DNA from: Chlamydiales bacterium
Lineage (GTDB): Bacteria > Chlamydiota > Chlamydiia > Chlamydiales > JAAZZY01
Direction of reading: 5' to 3'
DNA: 64,000 nucleotides
NCBI GenBank assembly: GCA_965206695.1
Contig: CBDBKM010000008.1
Location: forward strand, 96,001-160,000
Shown here: in pieces, positions 1 through 10,673 of the stretch
How positions within the stretch are numbered: position 1 is the first letter of the stretch
How the letters are laid out: each line of letters starts with the position of its first letter
Translations under genes and position numbers: made by a program
The notes under the pieces: generated by a model
Seen by the model: only the letters and a program-made list of their open reading frames with translations
What the model was told of the DNA's origin: nothing
Databases searched by the model: none

Positions 1-937
1 TTTCTTCTGCCTTGGTCAATTTTTTTTCTAATGATTTTATCTCTCTCTGATAGGCTTGCTCTGAAAAAACCAAAAGCCATCTTTGTTTAATCCCTCCATA
101 AAAAGAGGTGAAGCTGCATGTTTTATATCCTTTCTCCTGATCAATCCAATCAATTTCTTCTTCCGGTTTTTCTACTAATCTTTTTGCTTCTCCTATTATC
201 TCGGGAACTCGGGTGAGCCATTTATAATCATTATTTTTTAAGAGCTTTTCTTTTGTGTATAACGCTGAATCGGCAACCCACTTCAACTTTGTTTTTACAT
301 CAATCTGTTGTTGAAATTCACTGATTTTTTTGAGCGTCTCATGAAAACTTGCTTTATCAGAACTATTGCCGTCTAAGGCTTCCATCCATAGAGGCATAGA
401 ACTCGGACCATTGGTAACGAGAGAAAGTACAACTTGTTTCAAATCAGGTCTATGATCTTTAGAATAACCCTGCTTAATCTCAATCACTTGCGGATCATCT
501 TTCACTTCATACGACCCATGAACGGAAAAGCTTGTTGTATCTAGATGATGCGTTTTTTGTAGTAAATCATGGTCTAGGGCTATTCCAAAAGAAACTTCAG
601 CAAATAATTTACTGCTCCCATATTTCGCAATATCATCCAAAGCATGACCTAAAGTATAATCTGTGAGATCTTCTGCTCGAAGATCGTTGCCAAGTAAATT
701 CTCTATCGATTTAGAAGCAAAAAATTGATGTGTTAGGTAGAGACGTCTATTAGTAAACCCTAATCCATTCAGAATCATTGCAATTACTGCCTGTCCCGCA
801 CTTACTTTTCTTTGTGGATGATTTTTTAATCCGGTATCAATCCTTTCTGCTACTTTTAGATCGCTGCAAAGTGCTGCAATTAATCCATGGTGATCCATGT
901 TCACTGTTTGAATATTATCTCCTGCAACTTCCGGCAT
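1..937 (-). mobile_element. IS1634-family transposase, runs off window edge
   Basis: Manual translation from ATG 937 (SD AAGGAG upstream): MPEVAGDNIQTVNMDHHGLIAALC...AMILNGLGFTNRRLYL...HLDTTSFSVHG...GYSKDHRPDLKQVV...WVADSALY; probable terminal IR CCGACATTCC ends near 1028. Confidence 0.85.
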
Positions 938-1145
938 AACTTTTCTCCTTGTATCAAATAAAAAGTAACAGGATAGGCAATCTATAATTCTAATTCAAAA
1001 AAAATATCTTACGGTCTAGGAATGTCGGATATACTAATAGCCCCCCTCTCTTTTTCCAAAAAATGAACAAGGAGTATCTACTTTAGACAGTACGACAAAT
1101 GCTGCCTCCCAAGAAGTAGCCTCGACTCTATGTCAACGCTATAAT

Positions 1146-1592
1146 ATGCAATGCGCCGGTTTCGGTGGAGGATGGGCGGGAACTAAAAAATTAGGATTGT
1201 CATTCGCGATCTATAGAAAGGTCGATAAACAAGAAGCAAGAGCTATGCTTGTTGACTGCATGCAAGAATTTATTTCTACTGTCAACTCTAATGAAGCATT
1301 AAGACCTTATCTGGATGGCTTACTTTTTACAGAAAAAAATATTCGGTTAGATATCTTTTTAAAAGATTCTAATAATGAACGAATTTATTATCCAAATACC
1401 TGCGTTTTTGGATCTACTGAAGGAGATATATTTTATTATTACAAATCACCTGAAAAGAAATATGGTTATATTGCTACAGAATACGAAACCTTCCAAGAAG
1501 CTCTTTCTATTTTAGAAGAAGAGAATAAAAGTAGAACGCAGGATAATACTCAGATTGCCTATGAAGATACTTCTATCACTCAGGAAAAATAG
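1146..1592 (+). CDS. Hypothetical chlamydial protein (GFGGG...KLGLSF...EAR..L..C family), probably 5'-truncated; possible Rhs-associated immunity-type protein
   Basis: Frame stays open upstream to ~1041, next to the IS1634 end; family assignment from recall only. Confidence 0.5.
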   Translation: MQCAGFGGGWAGTKKLGLSFAIYRKVDKQEARAMLVDCMQEFISTVNSNEALRPYLDGLLFTEKNIRLDIFLKDSNNERIYYPNTCVFGSTEGDIFYYYKSPEKKYGYIATEYETFQEALSILEEENKSRTQDNTQIAYEDTSITQEK

Positions 1593-1869
1593 AAACTTGA
1601 AAAATGCTGCAAAAACGGGTGCAGTGAACTTGATAAATAACCATTATTAACCAAAACAAACCAATAGACCTTTATTGATTTCCTCTCTATACCAGTGGTC
1701 ATTGTGATTGAATATTATTGGTTAGTGTTGTAATACACTGTCCTGTAACTCCATCTCTGTAATGGATACGTTGATCCGAATCCAACCCCCAATATAGCTA
1801 GAATTTTGTATTCTTTCTAAAAAATCGATCTCAATAAGTTAATTATCAAATACTTATTCTTACTCTTAC

Positions 1870-1931
1870 ATAAAGTTGATGCATTATTGCGTCAACTTTA
1901 TATTGACGCAATAATGCATCAACTTTATAAT
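1870..1931 (+). promoter_or_regulatory. Sigma70/sigma66-type promoter overlapped by twin palindromic operators
   Basis: TTGACG (1903-1908), 17 nt, TATAAT (1926-1931); perfect 26-bp inverted repeat 1870-1895/1903-1928; each arm contains TTGAYGCAWTAWTGCRTCAA. Confidence 0.8.
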
Positions 1932-1933
1932 AA

Positions 1934-2398
1934 GAGAAAAAATACGATTGCAAAAGTCTGATTGAAATTATTGGAGAAAAAACACAAAGAAGAAGAGAAC
2001 AGGAAAAATTTGTCCTCCTTACTCTAGCAGATAGTCTAATAGGAAACCATGATCGCCATGGCCGCAATTTAGCTTTTATTCGATCCACTAAAGGCATCCG
2101 GCTTTCTCCTTTCTATGATAATCCATCTGCACTTGCTTTAGAGGACTCATCAATATTAGGAGCGGATTTACAACCAAGAGGATCGATTTTCACAAAAGAT
2201 TCAGATAAACCAACAATGAAAGATTATGTTTTAGAATGGAACCGTTTGGGTTATGGCGACGTTGTTCAGCGTTTTAAGAAAAAACTGTGCCTTAAAACAA
2301 TCAAAAACTTGATAAAGGGAAGTCATTTAAGCGAAAAAAGACAACAAGCTTTGTTACGGCTAATTGTAAAAAGAAATGAGGAACTATGCGATCATTAA
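1934..2398 (+). pseudogene. 5'-deleted HipA/HipT-like kinase toxin (C-terminal half)
   Basis: Open frame EKKYDCKSLIEII...LADSLIGNHDRHGRNLAF...RLSPFYDNPS with HipA catalytic motifs; no N-lobe, starts right after the -10 box. Confidence 0.8.
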
Positions 2399-3018
2399 AA
2401 ACCATCGGTATATTTGTGTTTCTAAAAAAAAGAAAAACCCAAACACTTGTGGGAAGATTATACCAAATCGATCAAAAATTAGTTTTTATTTACGAAGATT
2501 CTTATTTCAATGCTAAAAATAGTATTGCTCTAGGCCCCGAATTCCCTCTAACTCAAAAAGAATTTTCTTCGGATAAACTATTCCCGTCTCTTGAAGATCG
2601 TATTCCTTCTGTTCAAAATCCGGCCTATCCGGAATATTGTCTAGCTATGGGAATTGATCCTGATGAACAAGATCCATTTATTCTCTTGTCTACAATTGGA
2701 AGTAAGGGGCCTTCTTCTTTTATTTTTTATCCTATTTTTAAGCGAGATATACCTCTCAAAGACATTGTTGAATTCAGACATATGCTGGGGCTTACTACTC
2801 GTGAATTTGCAGCTGTTTTTGAATTTTCTCAAAATTCATTAAATGCTCTTGAAAGGGGTCGAAGAGGAGGCGTTGAAATTTTAAAACGATTAGAAATCCT
2901 TTTGCACTTCCCCAATGTTGCCTTATATTTCTTATTGGTTAACAGTGGCTATTTAGCTCATGAAAAGTGGGTAGCGGCAAGTGAAAAAATCAAAAAGTTA
3001 GCCAAAAATAAGTCGTAG
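2386..3018 (+). CDS. HipA N-terminal (HipS-like) domain fused to C-terminal XRE HTH; putative antitoxin/repressor
   Basis: VGRL...FIYEDSY...ALGPEFPL...LFPSLEDRIP (HipA_N-like) plus FRHMLGLTTREFAAVFEFSQNSLNALERG (HTH); overlaps the kinase gene end. Confidence 0.75.
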   Translation: MRSLKTIGIFVFLKKRKTQTLVGRLYQIDQKLVFIYEDSYFNAKNSIALGPEFPLTQKEFSSDKLFPSLEDRIPSVQNPAYPEYCLAMGIDPDEQDPFILLSTIGSKGPSSFIFYPIFKRDIPLKDIVEFRHMLGLTTREFAAVFEFSQNSLNALERGRRGGVEILKRLEILLHFPNVALYFLLVNSGYLAHEKWVAASEKIKKLAKNKS

Positions 3019-3452
3019 AAAAAAAATACCTAAAGAGTTTCATCACATCCGCAAAGCAGCCAACAATGGGGCTATTCTTTTACAATAAAAAGTTCTGAAT
3101 GCGTCCAATCGCCCCCATACATTGGACCAGAATAGAACTGAATTAAATAGAAATCCGCAAATATAAATTATAATAATCTGCGTACATATCTATGGGGACT
3201 TTATTACGAGCTCCCTTATTCAAAAGAAAATCCGCAATCGTTTTTTCTCTTTTTTTTACAGCGACCTGAAAAGGCGTTAAGCCACTTGCATCTACAGTAT
3301 CAACCTTTACTCCATAATTTATAGATGTTTTTACAAGAGCTAATTTTGTTCGACTATCTAATCAAGCTTCTTGTATTAAAAGTTGCAGCAATTTATGCCC
3401 ATTAATATTGTGCTGATTGATATCTTTTTCTTTAAATATTATCAATATCAAG

Positions 3453-3471
3453 TCAGTTATGCAGAGGTCTT
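3453..3471. repeat. Solo terminal inverted repeat of IS5-like/MITE family
   Basis: TCAGTTATGCAGAGGTCTT, identical to the MITE end at 62340-62358. Confidence 0.75.
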
Positions 3472-3472
3472 T

Positions 3473-3682
3473 TTAATCAAAAAAAGATTCAAACGCTTCT
3501 CGAATAATAGAGCTTGAATCGCTGTTTTTAATTCCTTTTACTTTTTTATCGATGCCAAACAATTTCAGTTTTCCAAGAAGATCACCCGGAAGTGTAATCG
3601 TTACCTTTAAAAAACGGCCCCTATTTCCTCTCGATGGGCTATATTTATGACAATCAAGCGAGAAAACCCTTTGCTTGAGCAC
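3473..3682 (-). CDS. Small ribbon-helix-helix (CopG-like) protein or fragment
   Basis: KVTITLPGDLLGKL...SSIIREAFESFF pattern; start uncertain. Confidence 0.4.
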   Translation of the reverse strand: MLKQRVFSLDCHKYSPSRGNRGRFLKVTITLPGDLLGKLKLFGIDKKVKGIKNSDSSSIIREAFESFFD

Positions 3683-3809
3683 CGGGATGATAGTGCCTAC
3701 CTTAGTTAAGGTTTATATTAAAACAAAACGACTTGATTGTACAACTCTCAACCCTAAATCAATAAAGTTGGTTTTATTGAGTTATCAGCCAATTCAGATT
3801 TGTTATAGT

Positions 3810-3972
3810 CAGGAGTTTCGCGTGTAATTGTTAACACATAGCCAAACTATTTTGCATATTTAAATCAATAGCGGGCTTTATAATACCCCAAATCTTGTGG
3901 ATAAAAAGGTATTTTATCTCGCTTCCTTCGCTTAAATTTGTGTAACCAAACATAAATAGACATAAAAATATA
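3810..3972 (-). mobile_element. IS701-family 3'-end remnant
   Basis: Begins CAGGAGTTTCGCG; reverse complement of the 3' part of the remnant at ~19710-19869. Confidence 0.7.
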
Positions 3973-4444
3973 GGCATAGCTATACTTGGAAATTTAGCCG
4001 GATCGCAACACTCTCTTTTACGAAAAAAATGTGAAAAATTTATAAACAAAAACAATTAAGGAAAAAAAGATGTTGCTTAATCATAAATTGTTAATCAAGG
4101 CAAATCAGGTAACCCTTTATGAACTGAAAAAATTACCTGCTCCTTGATTTTGCGTAAGGTGAGTTATTAAGCAGATGATCAAATTTAAAGTTTTAAGACG
4201 ACACTATTTATATCAAAGTTTTTTTCTAAACAAACACATGAAATTTTTCATTTCTATATGGACTGTTAAACCGGTTTTATTTATTTTATAATCAATGATT
4301 TGAGATCGTATGTGGCAAAGAATGGAAAGGGGGTAATTTTTTTTATTTTTTCATTCCTTTTGCTTTTTAGTATCTTATCTATTACAAAAAAAGATTATTT
4401 GTATAAAAACATAGTTTGCGAAATAACAAGTCAAGCAAAACGTT

Positions 4445-4861
4445 ATGGCAATAGAAGACTATTTAAAAGCGTTATTACAAGAGTTGAATCTTGACGATAA
4501 AATTTATGCAGATGAGAAAAAGATTTATCATCTTACTTTAGAGGATAATCTTGTAATATTTGTAAAGGATCTCAATCCCGGTTTTTATTTTCTTTGTCAA
4601 TTAATGCCTGTGCCGGAAGAAAATCCGGAAAATATTTTTATGGCATTAATGTTAGGGAATCTCTTCGGACAAGGAACGGGAGGAAGTGTTATTGCTATTG
4701 ATCAAGAAAGTAATATGTTGACACTCTCGTTTGCTTTACCGTATAGGTTTACTTTCCAAGAATTTAGGAATCAGTTAGAAGATTTCACAAATTATGTGGA
4801 TTTCTGGCGAAGAGAAGCAGTTAATATTCAAGAGGGTCGGGCCAGTATTTTATTGCCTTAG
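4445..4861 (+). CDS. scc4: CesT-family T3SS chaperone (CT663/Scc4 homolog)
   Basis: 138 aa acidic, MLGNLFGQGTGG and LEDFTNYVDFW motifs; first gene of chlamydial cds cluster. Confidence 0.8.
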   Translation: MAIEDYLKALLQELNLDDKIYADEKKIYHLTLEDNLVIFVKDLNPGFYFLCQLMPVPEENPENIFMALMLGNLFGQGTGGSVIAIDQESNMLTLSFALPYRFTFQEFRNQLEDFTNYVDFWRREAVNIQEGRASILLP

Positions 4862-4963
4862 AATAGGCTTGGCTTGTAGTGTTTAGAAGCTGTGTTTATC
4901 TCTTTATAATTTACTCTTTCATAATATTAGAGATATATTTGGATATAGGGGAAGAAGTTTTAC

Positions 4964-6865
4964 ATGGTCGCTAAGTTCATTGCAGAAGAAGGACCTCTAA
5001 CGGGTTTGGTCCTTACTTTGGATGATGGGGATGCTTGGATCGTCGGAAGAGATCCAAGTGAGTGTGATATTATTCTCGACGATTCCAAAGTAAGCCGAAA
5101 GCATTTCATCTGTCGTAAAGTTCAAGAAGAATATGTGCTTCAGAACTTAAGCGAGACTAATCCTGTTTTCGTAAATGAAGATCAAGTCGTAGAATCTCAC
5201 TCCTTAAGAGAAGGTGATCGAGTAAAAGTCGGTGATTCATGGTTTCGTTTTGTCATAGAAAAGGAGGCCGAAACTCGAGCAAAAGATCAATATGATGATA
5301 TTTTTGATGATGAAGAGTCTCATAAGGGTGAAGAAGAAACAGAAGAAGAGTTTCAAGCTGCTAAGGAAGCTAAAGAAGGCTTATCTGATGAAGAGGCTTT
5401 GAAAGCAGACGAAGAAGAAGTTGATACTCAGTATGACACAATCTTTAATGACTCCGAAGATGCTTTTGACGGATTTACGAATATTAATGAAGATTTTGCT
5501 GAAGGGGCACGCTGGGTTTTAAAAGTTCTTGCGGGTCCTAACACAGGAGCTGAATTTGCCATGGCCGGTGGCAAATCCTATGTGATAGGTAAAGACGTTG
5601 CCTCATGTGATATTTTATTTCATGATTTAAGTGTTTCCCGCAACCATGCCAAATTGACTATTAGTTCTGATGGAGTGGTTGCCATTGAAGATTTGGGATC
5701 TAGAAATGGCATTATCATAGATGGATTGCCCGTTCCTGATAGACGGGAACTTACTTCTCAAAACTTAGTCACATTAGGTACGACAACTTTTGTCGTGATA
5801 GATAGAGAGGCTCAATCGGAAACGATAGTTTCTATACCCCATCCTATAGAATCAAAAGTAGAAAAAAAATCGACAGAAGAAGCTCCGGTTCATGAAAAAG
5901 TAGTCGATAAAAAGGAACAAGAGGTAGAAGAAGAGACTATTCGGATTGGAAAATATCAAGTCTCTCCGGGAAACTTTATTATTACCGGTATTTTAGCAGC
6001 TGTTATATTGGTTATAGGTATTGGTATTGTTACACTATTCTCTAGTAAGGAACCCTCAGCTGTAACTCATCTCGATTCAGGAAAAAACATCCAAGAGGTT
6101 ATAAAAGATTTTCCTGATATTCAGTATACCTATAATTCTCAGACGGGGATTCTCTTTATCTTGGGACATGTATCAACCTCTGTTGATAAAGAACAACTTC
6201 TTTATTATCTGAATGCTTTAAAGTTTATTAAGAAAATAGATGATAATGTAGTGGTTGATGAGTATGTTTGGCGAGAAATGAATCAGGTGCTTGCAAGACA
6301 TATAGCTTGGAGGGGGGTAAGTATTCACGCTCCTGTTCCCGGTCGTTTTGTTTTAAGTGGCTATCTTGCTACTAGAGAGCAGGGAGCAGAATTATCAGAT
6401 TATGTCAGTATCAATTTTCCTTATATTGATCGACTAATTAACCATGTCGTAATTGAAGAAAATCTTTATCAAGACATACTTTCTCAACTTCAAAATCAAG
6501 CATTGAATAATGTTAACATTGAGCTTTCAAATGGTCTTGTTACATTAACCGGCTATATAGGGGTGTCACAAAAAGATACGTTTTATAAAGTCTTAAGACA
6601 ATTGAAGAAGGCCCCCGGTGTTAGACAGGTTAATGATTATGTCATTATTACTTCTGAGGAGGGTTACTCAAATGCTCGGACCCTTCAAGGCTATCAAATT
6701 ACAGGTTATGCAGCTCATGATGATCTGAATATGAGCATTGTTATCAATGGTCAAATCCTAACAGTAGGTTCTCAATTGAATGAAATGGTAATTATCGCAA
6801 TTGAAAATGATGAGATTTATTTAGAGAAAAATGGCTTGAAATATAAAATTGATTATAATAGATAA
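4964..6865 (+). CDS. sctD: T3SS inner-membrane ring protein with two FHA domains (CdsD)
   Basis: FHA motifs GRD..SRKH and GKD..SRNH..NG, acidic linker, TM helix, BON-like periplasmic part. Confidence 0.92.
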   Translation: MVAKFIAEEGPLTGLVLTLDDGDAWIVGRDPSECDIILDDSKVSRKHFICRKVQEEYVLQNLSETNPVFVNEDQVVESHSLREGDRVKVGDSWFRFVIEKEAETRAKDQYDDIFDDEESHKGEEETEEEFQAAKEAKEGLSDEEALKADEEEVDTQYDTIFNDSEDAFDGFTNINEDFAEGARWVLKVLAGPNTGAEFAMAGGKSYVIGKDVASCDILFHDLSVSRNHAKLTISSDGVVAIEDLGSRNGIIIDGLPVPDRRELTSQNLVTLGTTTFVVIDREAQSETIVSIPHPIESKVEKKSTEEAPVHEKVVDKKEQEVEEETIRIGKYQVSPGNFIITGILAAVILVIGIGIVTLFSSKEPSAVTHLDSGKNIQEVIKDFPDIQYTYNSQTGILFILGHVSTSVDKEQLLYYLNALKFIKKIDDNVVVDEYVWREMNQVLARHIAWRGVSIHAPVPGRFVLSGYLATREQGAELSDYVSINFPYIDRLINHVVIEENLYQDILSQLQNQALNNVNIELSNGLVTLTGYIGVSQKDTFYKVLRQLKKAPGVRQVNDYVIITSEEGYSNARTLQGYQITGYAAHDDLNMSIVINGQILTVGSQLNEMVIIAIENDEIYLEKNGLKYKIDYNR

Positions 6866-6908
6866 CTTAAAATGGAAAAAAGCCAATGCAACATAATGAG
6901 GTTAAAGT

Positions 6909-7166
6909 ATGTTCGGTTTAAAAAATGAACAGGGCGATGGTGATAAGATGGAGGAAACCGTTTTTGAACTTGAAGAACAGTTAAGCAACCCTAAAAAATG
7001 TAATGAAATGCAAAAAATGCTAAAACAACGAATTAGTAAACTAAAGTCGTATTTAAGAGAAGGACACTCTAAAGGCGAATTCGAAGGTTTAGGTACTCTT
7101 TTACATGGATATTGGTCCGGTCTTAGAATTATTGCAAGAATGAAGAAGAAAGCGAATGGGAAATAA
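6909..7166 (+). CDS. cdsE: Needle co-chaperone CdsE homolog
   Basis: MFGL...VFELE...LREG...LGTLLHGY; syntenic position. Confidence 0.75.
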   Translation: MFGLKNEQGDGDKMEETVFELEEQLSNPKKCNEMQKMLKQRISKLKSYLREGHSKGEFEGLGTLLHGYWSGLRIIARMKKKANGK

Positions 7167-7203
7167 GCTTTAAGCTCTGAATTAACATCAAGGAGTTTTG
7201 ATT

Positions 7204-7431
7204 ATGAGTATATATTGGCGTCCTATGGCTGATGCTATTAAGCAAACAGTAAGTGCTGTATCAAAAGAATTATCAGCCGTACAAAGTGCTACCAGTTCTA
7301 TGAAGTTAGAGGCTACTGCCAGTCTACAATGGAAAATGGCTATAATGCAGCAGGTATTACAGGCATCTTCAAACGTGACTGAGGGGTGCTTATCAACAGC
7401 TAAAAATGCGATCGGTAATATGAATAGATAA
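7204..7431 (+). CDS. sctF: T3SS needle subunit (CdsF), divergent
   Basis: ~75 aa helical hairpin, LQWKMAIMQQVLQASSNV; SD AAGGAG before ATG 7204; between cdsE and cdsG. Confidence 0.7.
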   Translation: MSIYWRPMADAIKQTVSAVSKELSAVQSATSSMKLEATASLQWKMAIMQQVLQASSNVTEGCLSTAKNAIGNMNR

Positions 7432-7515
7432 TTTATATTGAGGACTTTTAAGCTTTTAGTTTTAAGTCATCTCTGTCATTAATACTATCCTTATAAAAGT
7501 GAAGAGGTTTTAAGT

Positions 7516-7998
7516 ATGGATATAGAACAAGTAATAAAGGAATTTGAAAAAGATTGTGCTTTGTTAACGGAGTTGGGATTCGTTGCTATCAAGCAAATCG
7601 ATGAAGACGCTGCTAAGAAGTGCTTTTATGCAGCTCTAATTGCAAATGCCAGAGAGAGTATGCCGGTTATTGGATTAGGGATGGTTTTTATGTTGAATTT
7701 AGAACTTGAAGAAGCATCTCGCTTGTTTGCATTTGTTCTTAATTTAGAGCCTGATAATGAGATGGCAAAAGCTATGCTTGGAGTATCTAAACTATTTAAG
7801 TTGAATGATAAATCCATTGATGATGGTGGAGCATTGATCGAGCAAGTTCTGAAAAAGAGCGATGATCCGACTGTTCTTTTACTTGCTAAAAATGCGGTTA
7901 AACTTAGAGATGAGATTAATGAAAAAATGAAGGATTTACATCCTTTAGAATCAGGAAGAAAAAAAAGTCCGCAACAAAAGTTGGAGGATATGAAGTAA
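7516..7998 (+). CDS. cdsG: TPR needle chaperone CdsG homolog
   Basis: LLTELGFVAIKQIDEDAA, TPR-like helices; synteny. Confidence 0.75.
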   Translation: MDIEQVIKEFEKDCALLTELGFVAIKQIDEDAAKKCFYAALIANARESMPVIGLGMVFMLNLELEEASRLFAFVLNLEPDNEMAKAMLGVSKLFKLNDKSIDDGGALIEQVLKKSDDPTVLLLAKNAVKLRDEINEKMKDLHPLESGRKKSPQQKLEDMK

Positions 7999-8035
7999 GC
8001 TTCATATTTTGATCATACGATAAAAGGATATTAAT

Positions 8036-8722
8036 ATGGCTGAAGGAAGCCCAATTAGTGGCAAGGGGGATGCTAATCCTCTAAAGTCGATACCCGAAAA
8101 TTTCCCCGGCGTTGGGGGCAGTCAGGCCCCTTCAGGGCAGTCATTTAGTTCAGCCATGGATACTGACGGCACTCAGGTAAACCGGCCGGATCAAATCACT
8201 CCAATGAAAATGGCTGAGAACTCTCAAGCCGGTATGCAATCGGGCAAAGTATCCCCGTCAGAGTTTATAAGTAACTTAAACAATGCTATTGCTCAAATGA
8301 ACTCTTTACAATCGACTCTCAATAATCCCGGCTTGAAATTAAATCAGCGTACCAGAAAACTTCTAAAAGCGAAATTATCACGCACTCAAGAGAATATCGA
8401 CTACATTAGTACACATTTGGATACAGATCCGGATAGAGAAGGATCTCGTAAGAGAGCAACAGTACCTGACGTCGATAGCAAAGATGATCATAAAGATGTG
8501 GTGAAAAAATTTGTCGGATATTTAGCCGATGGGCAAGACCAACTGCAAGGTGCGATGGAAGATGCCAAAAATATATATAGTAAAGATCCCGGTATTATGA
8601 TGACTAAGATTTTTGCGATGCAGGTAAAACTGTATCGAGCCCAAGTTGAAATTGAATTTTCAACAGCAGTTGTTCAGAAATCAATTGATGATATTAAGAC
8701 CCTAATGAGTGTACAATTGTAG
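8036..8722 (+). CDS. CT668-like T3SS-associated protein
   Basis: Low-complexity N-terminus, C-terminal MQVKLYRAQVEIEFSTAVVQKSIDDIKTLMSVQL; position before sctN. Confidence 0.65.
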   Translation: MAEGSPISGKGDANPLKSIPENFPGVGGSQAPSGQSFSSAMDTDGTQVNRPDQITPMKMAENSQAGMQSGKVSPSEFISNLNNAIAQMNSLQSTLNNPGLKLNQRTRKLLKAKLSRTQENIDYISTHLDTDPDREGSRKRATVPDVDSKDDHKDVVKKFVGYLADGQDQLQGAMEDAKNIYSKDPGIMMTKIFAMQVKLYRAQVEIEFSTAVVQKSIDDIKTLMSVQL

Positions 8723-8758
8723 TGAAGGATCTGAATCACCGTCAGGAAATAATATAGT

Positions 8759-10078
8759 ATGGACTTTGGAAAAGATTTTGATAAATTGCTCAGTGGCTTA
8801 GAAGACATAGATCTTACGACAGTTCATGGTCGTATTACCGAAGTGGTAGGGATGTTGATCAAGGCTGTCATTCCTCAAGTTAAAATTGGGGAAGTTTGCT
8901 TAATTAAGCGTGAAAATTTAGAGCCTTTAAGAACAGAAGTGGTTGGTTTTACTCAAGATGAGGTGTTTTTATCGCCTTTAGGTGATTTAACAGGAGTAGG
9001 CCCCTCTTCCGAAGTCATTCCTACAAGACTTCCCCTTCATATTAAAGTGGGGGAAAATTTATTAGGCCGAGTATTAAATGGACTTGGTGAGCCTATTGAT
9101 ACCGATACTAAAGGTCCTTTAGAATTAGATGAAATAGCATCGATTGTGCGAGCGCCTCCGGATCCTTTAAAGAGAAAGCTTATTAAAAAGCCTATATCTG
9201 TAGGTGTACGTTGTATCGATGGAGTTTTATCTACAGGCGAAGGTCAGCGTATTGGTATTTTTGCCGGGGCCGGAGTGGGTAAATCCACGTTACTCGGAAT
9301 GATTGCCCGTAATGCTAAAGCTGATGTTAACGTTATTTCTTTGATTGGAGAGAGGGGAAGAGAGTTAAGAGAGTTTATCGAGCACGATCTTGGAGAAGAA
9401 GGAATCAAAAGATCAGTTGTAGTTGTTTCCACTTCGGATCAACCTTCACAAGTGAGGTTGAATGCGGCTTATGTTGGAACAACAATTGCCGAATATTTTC
9501 GCGATCAAGGTAAATCGGTTATCTTAATGATGGATTCGGTGACACGTTTTGCCAGAGCTTTAAGAGAGGTGGGCCTTGCAAAAGGTGAGCCTCCTGCCAG
9601 AGCAGGTTTTACTCCTTCAGTGTTTGCGACGCTGCCGAAGCTTTTGGAACGTTCAGGTAATTCAGATAAAGGATCAATTACAGGGTTATATACTATTTTA
9701 GTAGAAGGAAACGATATGAGTGAACCTGTTGCCGATGAAACGAAATCAATATTAGATGGACATATCGTGCTTTCTCAGGACTTAGCTCAAGCGTTTCATT
9801 ATCCTGCTATTGATGTTTTAGGGTCCGTTAGTCGAATCCTTCCCGCCATTGTCAGTAAAGAACATTTAGAGCTTATAGCTAAAATTCGGCAAGTATTATC
9901 AAATTACCAAAAAAATGAAATGTTAATAAGGATTGGTGAATACAAACCGGGTTCAGATAAAGAAGCCGATTTTGCTATTAATTATATTGATAAGGTGAAT
10001 AACTTTTTGAAGCAAAAAGTTGATGAGAAATCGAGCTTTGAAGAGACGTTATTTCAATTACGATCTCTATTTCGTTAA
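8759..10078 (+). CDS. sctN: T3SS ATPase
   Basis: Walker [38 protein letters not shown]. Confidence 0.97.
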   Translation: MDFGKDFDKLLSGLEDIDLTTVHGRITEVVGMLIKAVIPQVKIGEVCLIKRENLEPLRTEVVGFTQDEVFLSPLGDLTGVGPSSEVIPTRLPLHIKVGENLLGRVLNGLGEPIDTDTKGPLELDEIASIVRAPPDPLKRKLIKKPISVGVRCIDGVLSTGEGQRIGIFAGAGVGKSTLLGMIARNAKADVNVISLIGERGRELREFIEHDLGEEGIKRSVVVVSTSDQPSQVRLNAAYVGTTIAEYFRDQGKSVILMMDSVTRFARALREVGLAKGEPPARAGFTPSVFATLPKLLERSGNSDKGSITGLYTILVEGNDMSEPVADETKSILDGHIVLSQDLAQAFHYPAIDVLGSVSRILPAIVSKEHLELIAKIRQVLSNYQKNEMLIRIGEYKPGSDKEADFAINYIDKVNNFLKQKVDEKSSFEETLFQLRSLFR

Positions 10079-10118
10079 TGATAAAGAGGAAACCAAGGGA
10101 TCTGAAAGAAAAGAGCAT

Positions 10119-10655
10119 ATGGCAAAACCTGTTTACCCTTTGATACAAGTACTGGAAATTAAAAAAAAACGTGTTGATGATGCAGAGAAGGTTGTAAAAG
10201 AAAAAACACGGATTCTAGAAAAAGAAAACGAAATTTTAGCTAAAGTACAAGCAAAAAGAGATGCTGTAGCAAAACATTATGATGATAAATTAGCTCAGCT
10301 AAGAGACGGTTTAGATGAAGGGGTATCGACTATTAAAATTCAACAGATGAAAACCTATTTGAAAGTTGTTAAAGAAGATTTAATAAGAGAAGATAAAAAA
10401 GTAGAGGCCCAGACAGCGCAAGTAGAGCTTGCTGAGAAAAACCTTGAAGCAGCCAAGCAGATTTTACGTGATAGACGGCAAGAAGTCGATAAACTCAATA
10501 TGCATCAAGAAGAATGGGAAAAAAAGATGCTTAAAGAATTGAAAAAAAAAGAAGCAAAGACGCAAGATGAAATTGGTTCGACTATGTATTTGAGTAATAA
10601 GAAAAAAAATAAGGAACTGCAAGATAAGAGTTCTAAAAAGAAAAAAATAACTTAG
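10119..10655 (+). CDS. sctO: T3SS stalk protein (CdsO)
   Basis: Coiled coil starting MAKPVYPLIQVLEIKKKRVDDAEKVV; follows sctN. Confidence 0.85.
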   Translation: MAKPVYPLIQVLEIKKKRVDDAEKVVKEKTRILEKENEILAKVQAKRDAVAKHYDDKLAQLRDGLDEGVSTIKIQQMKTYLKVVKEDLIREDKKVEAQTAQVELAEKNLEAAKQILRDRRQEVDKLNMHQEEWEKKMLKELKKKEAKTQDEIGSTMYLSNKKKNKELQDKSSKKKKIT

Positions 10656-10673
10656 AAGATTATTAGAGGCATT

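Noticed and set aside
4093..4149. Imperfect hairpin upstream of the T3SS cluster as a riboswitch or terminator
   Set aside because: Short stems, a large loop and no recognisable family; ~300 bp from the first gene
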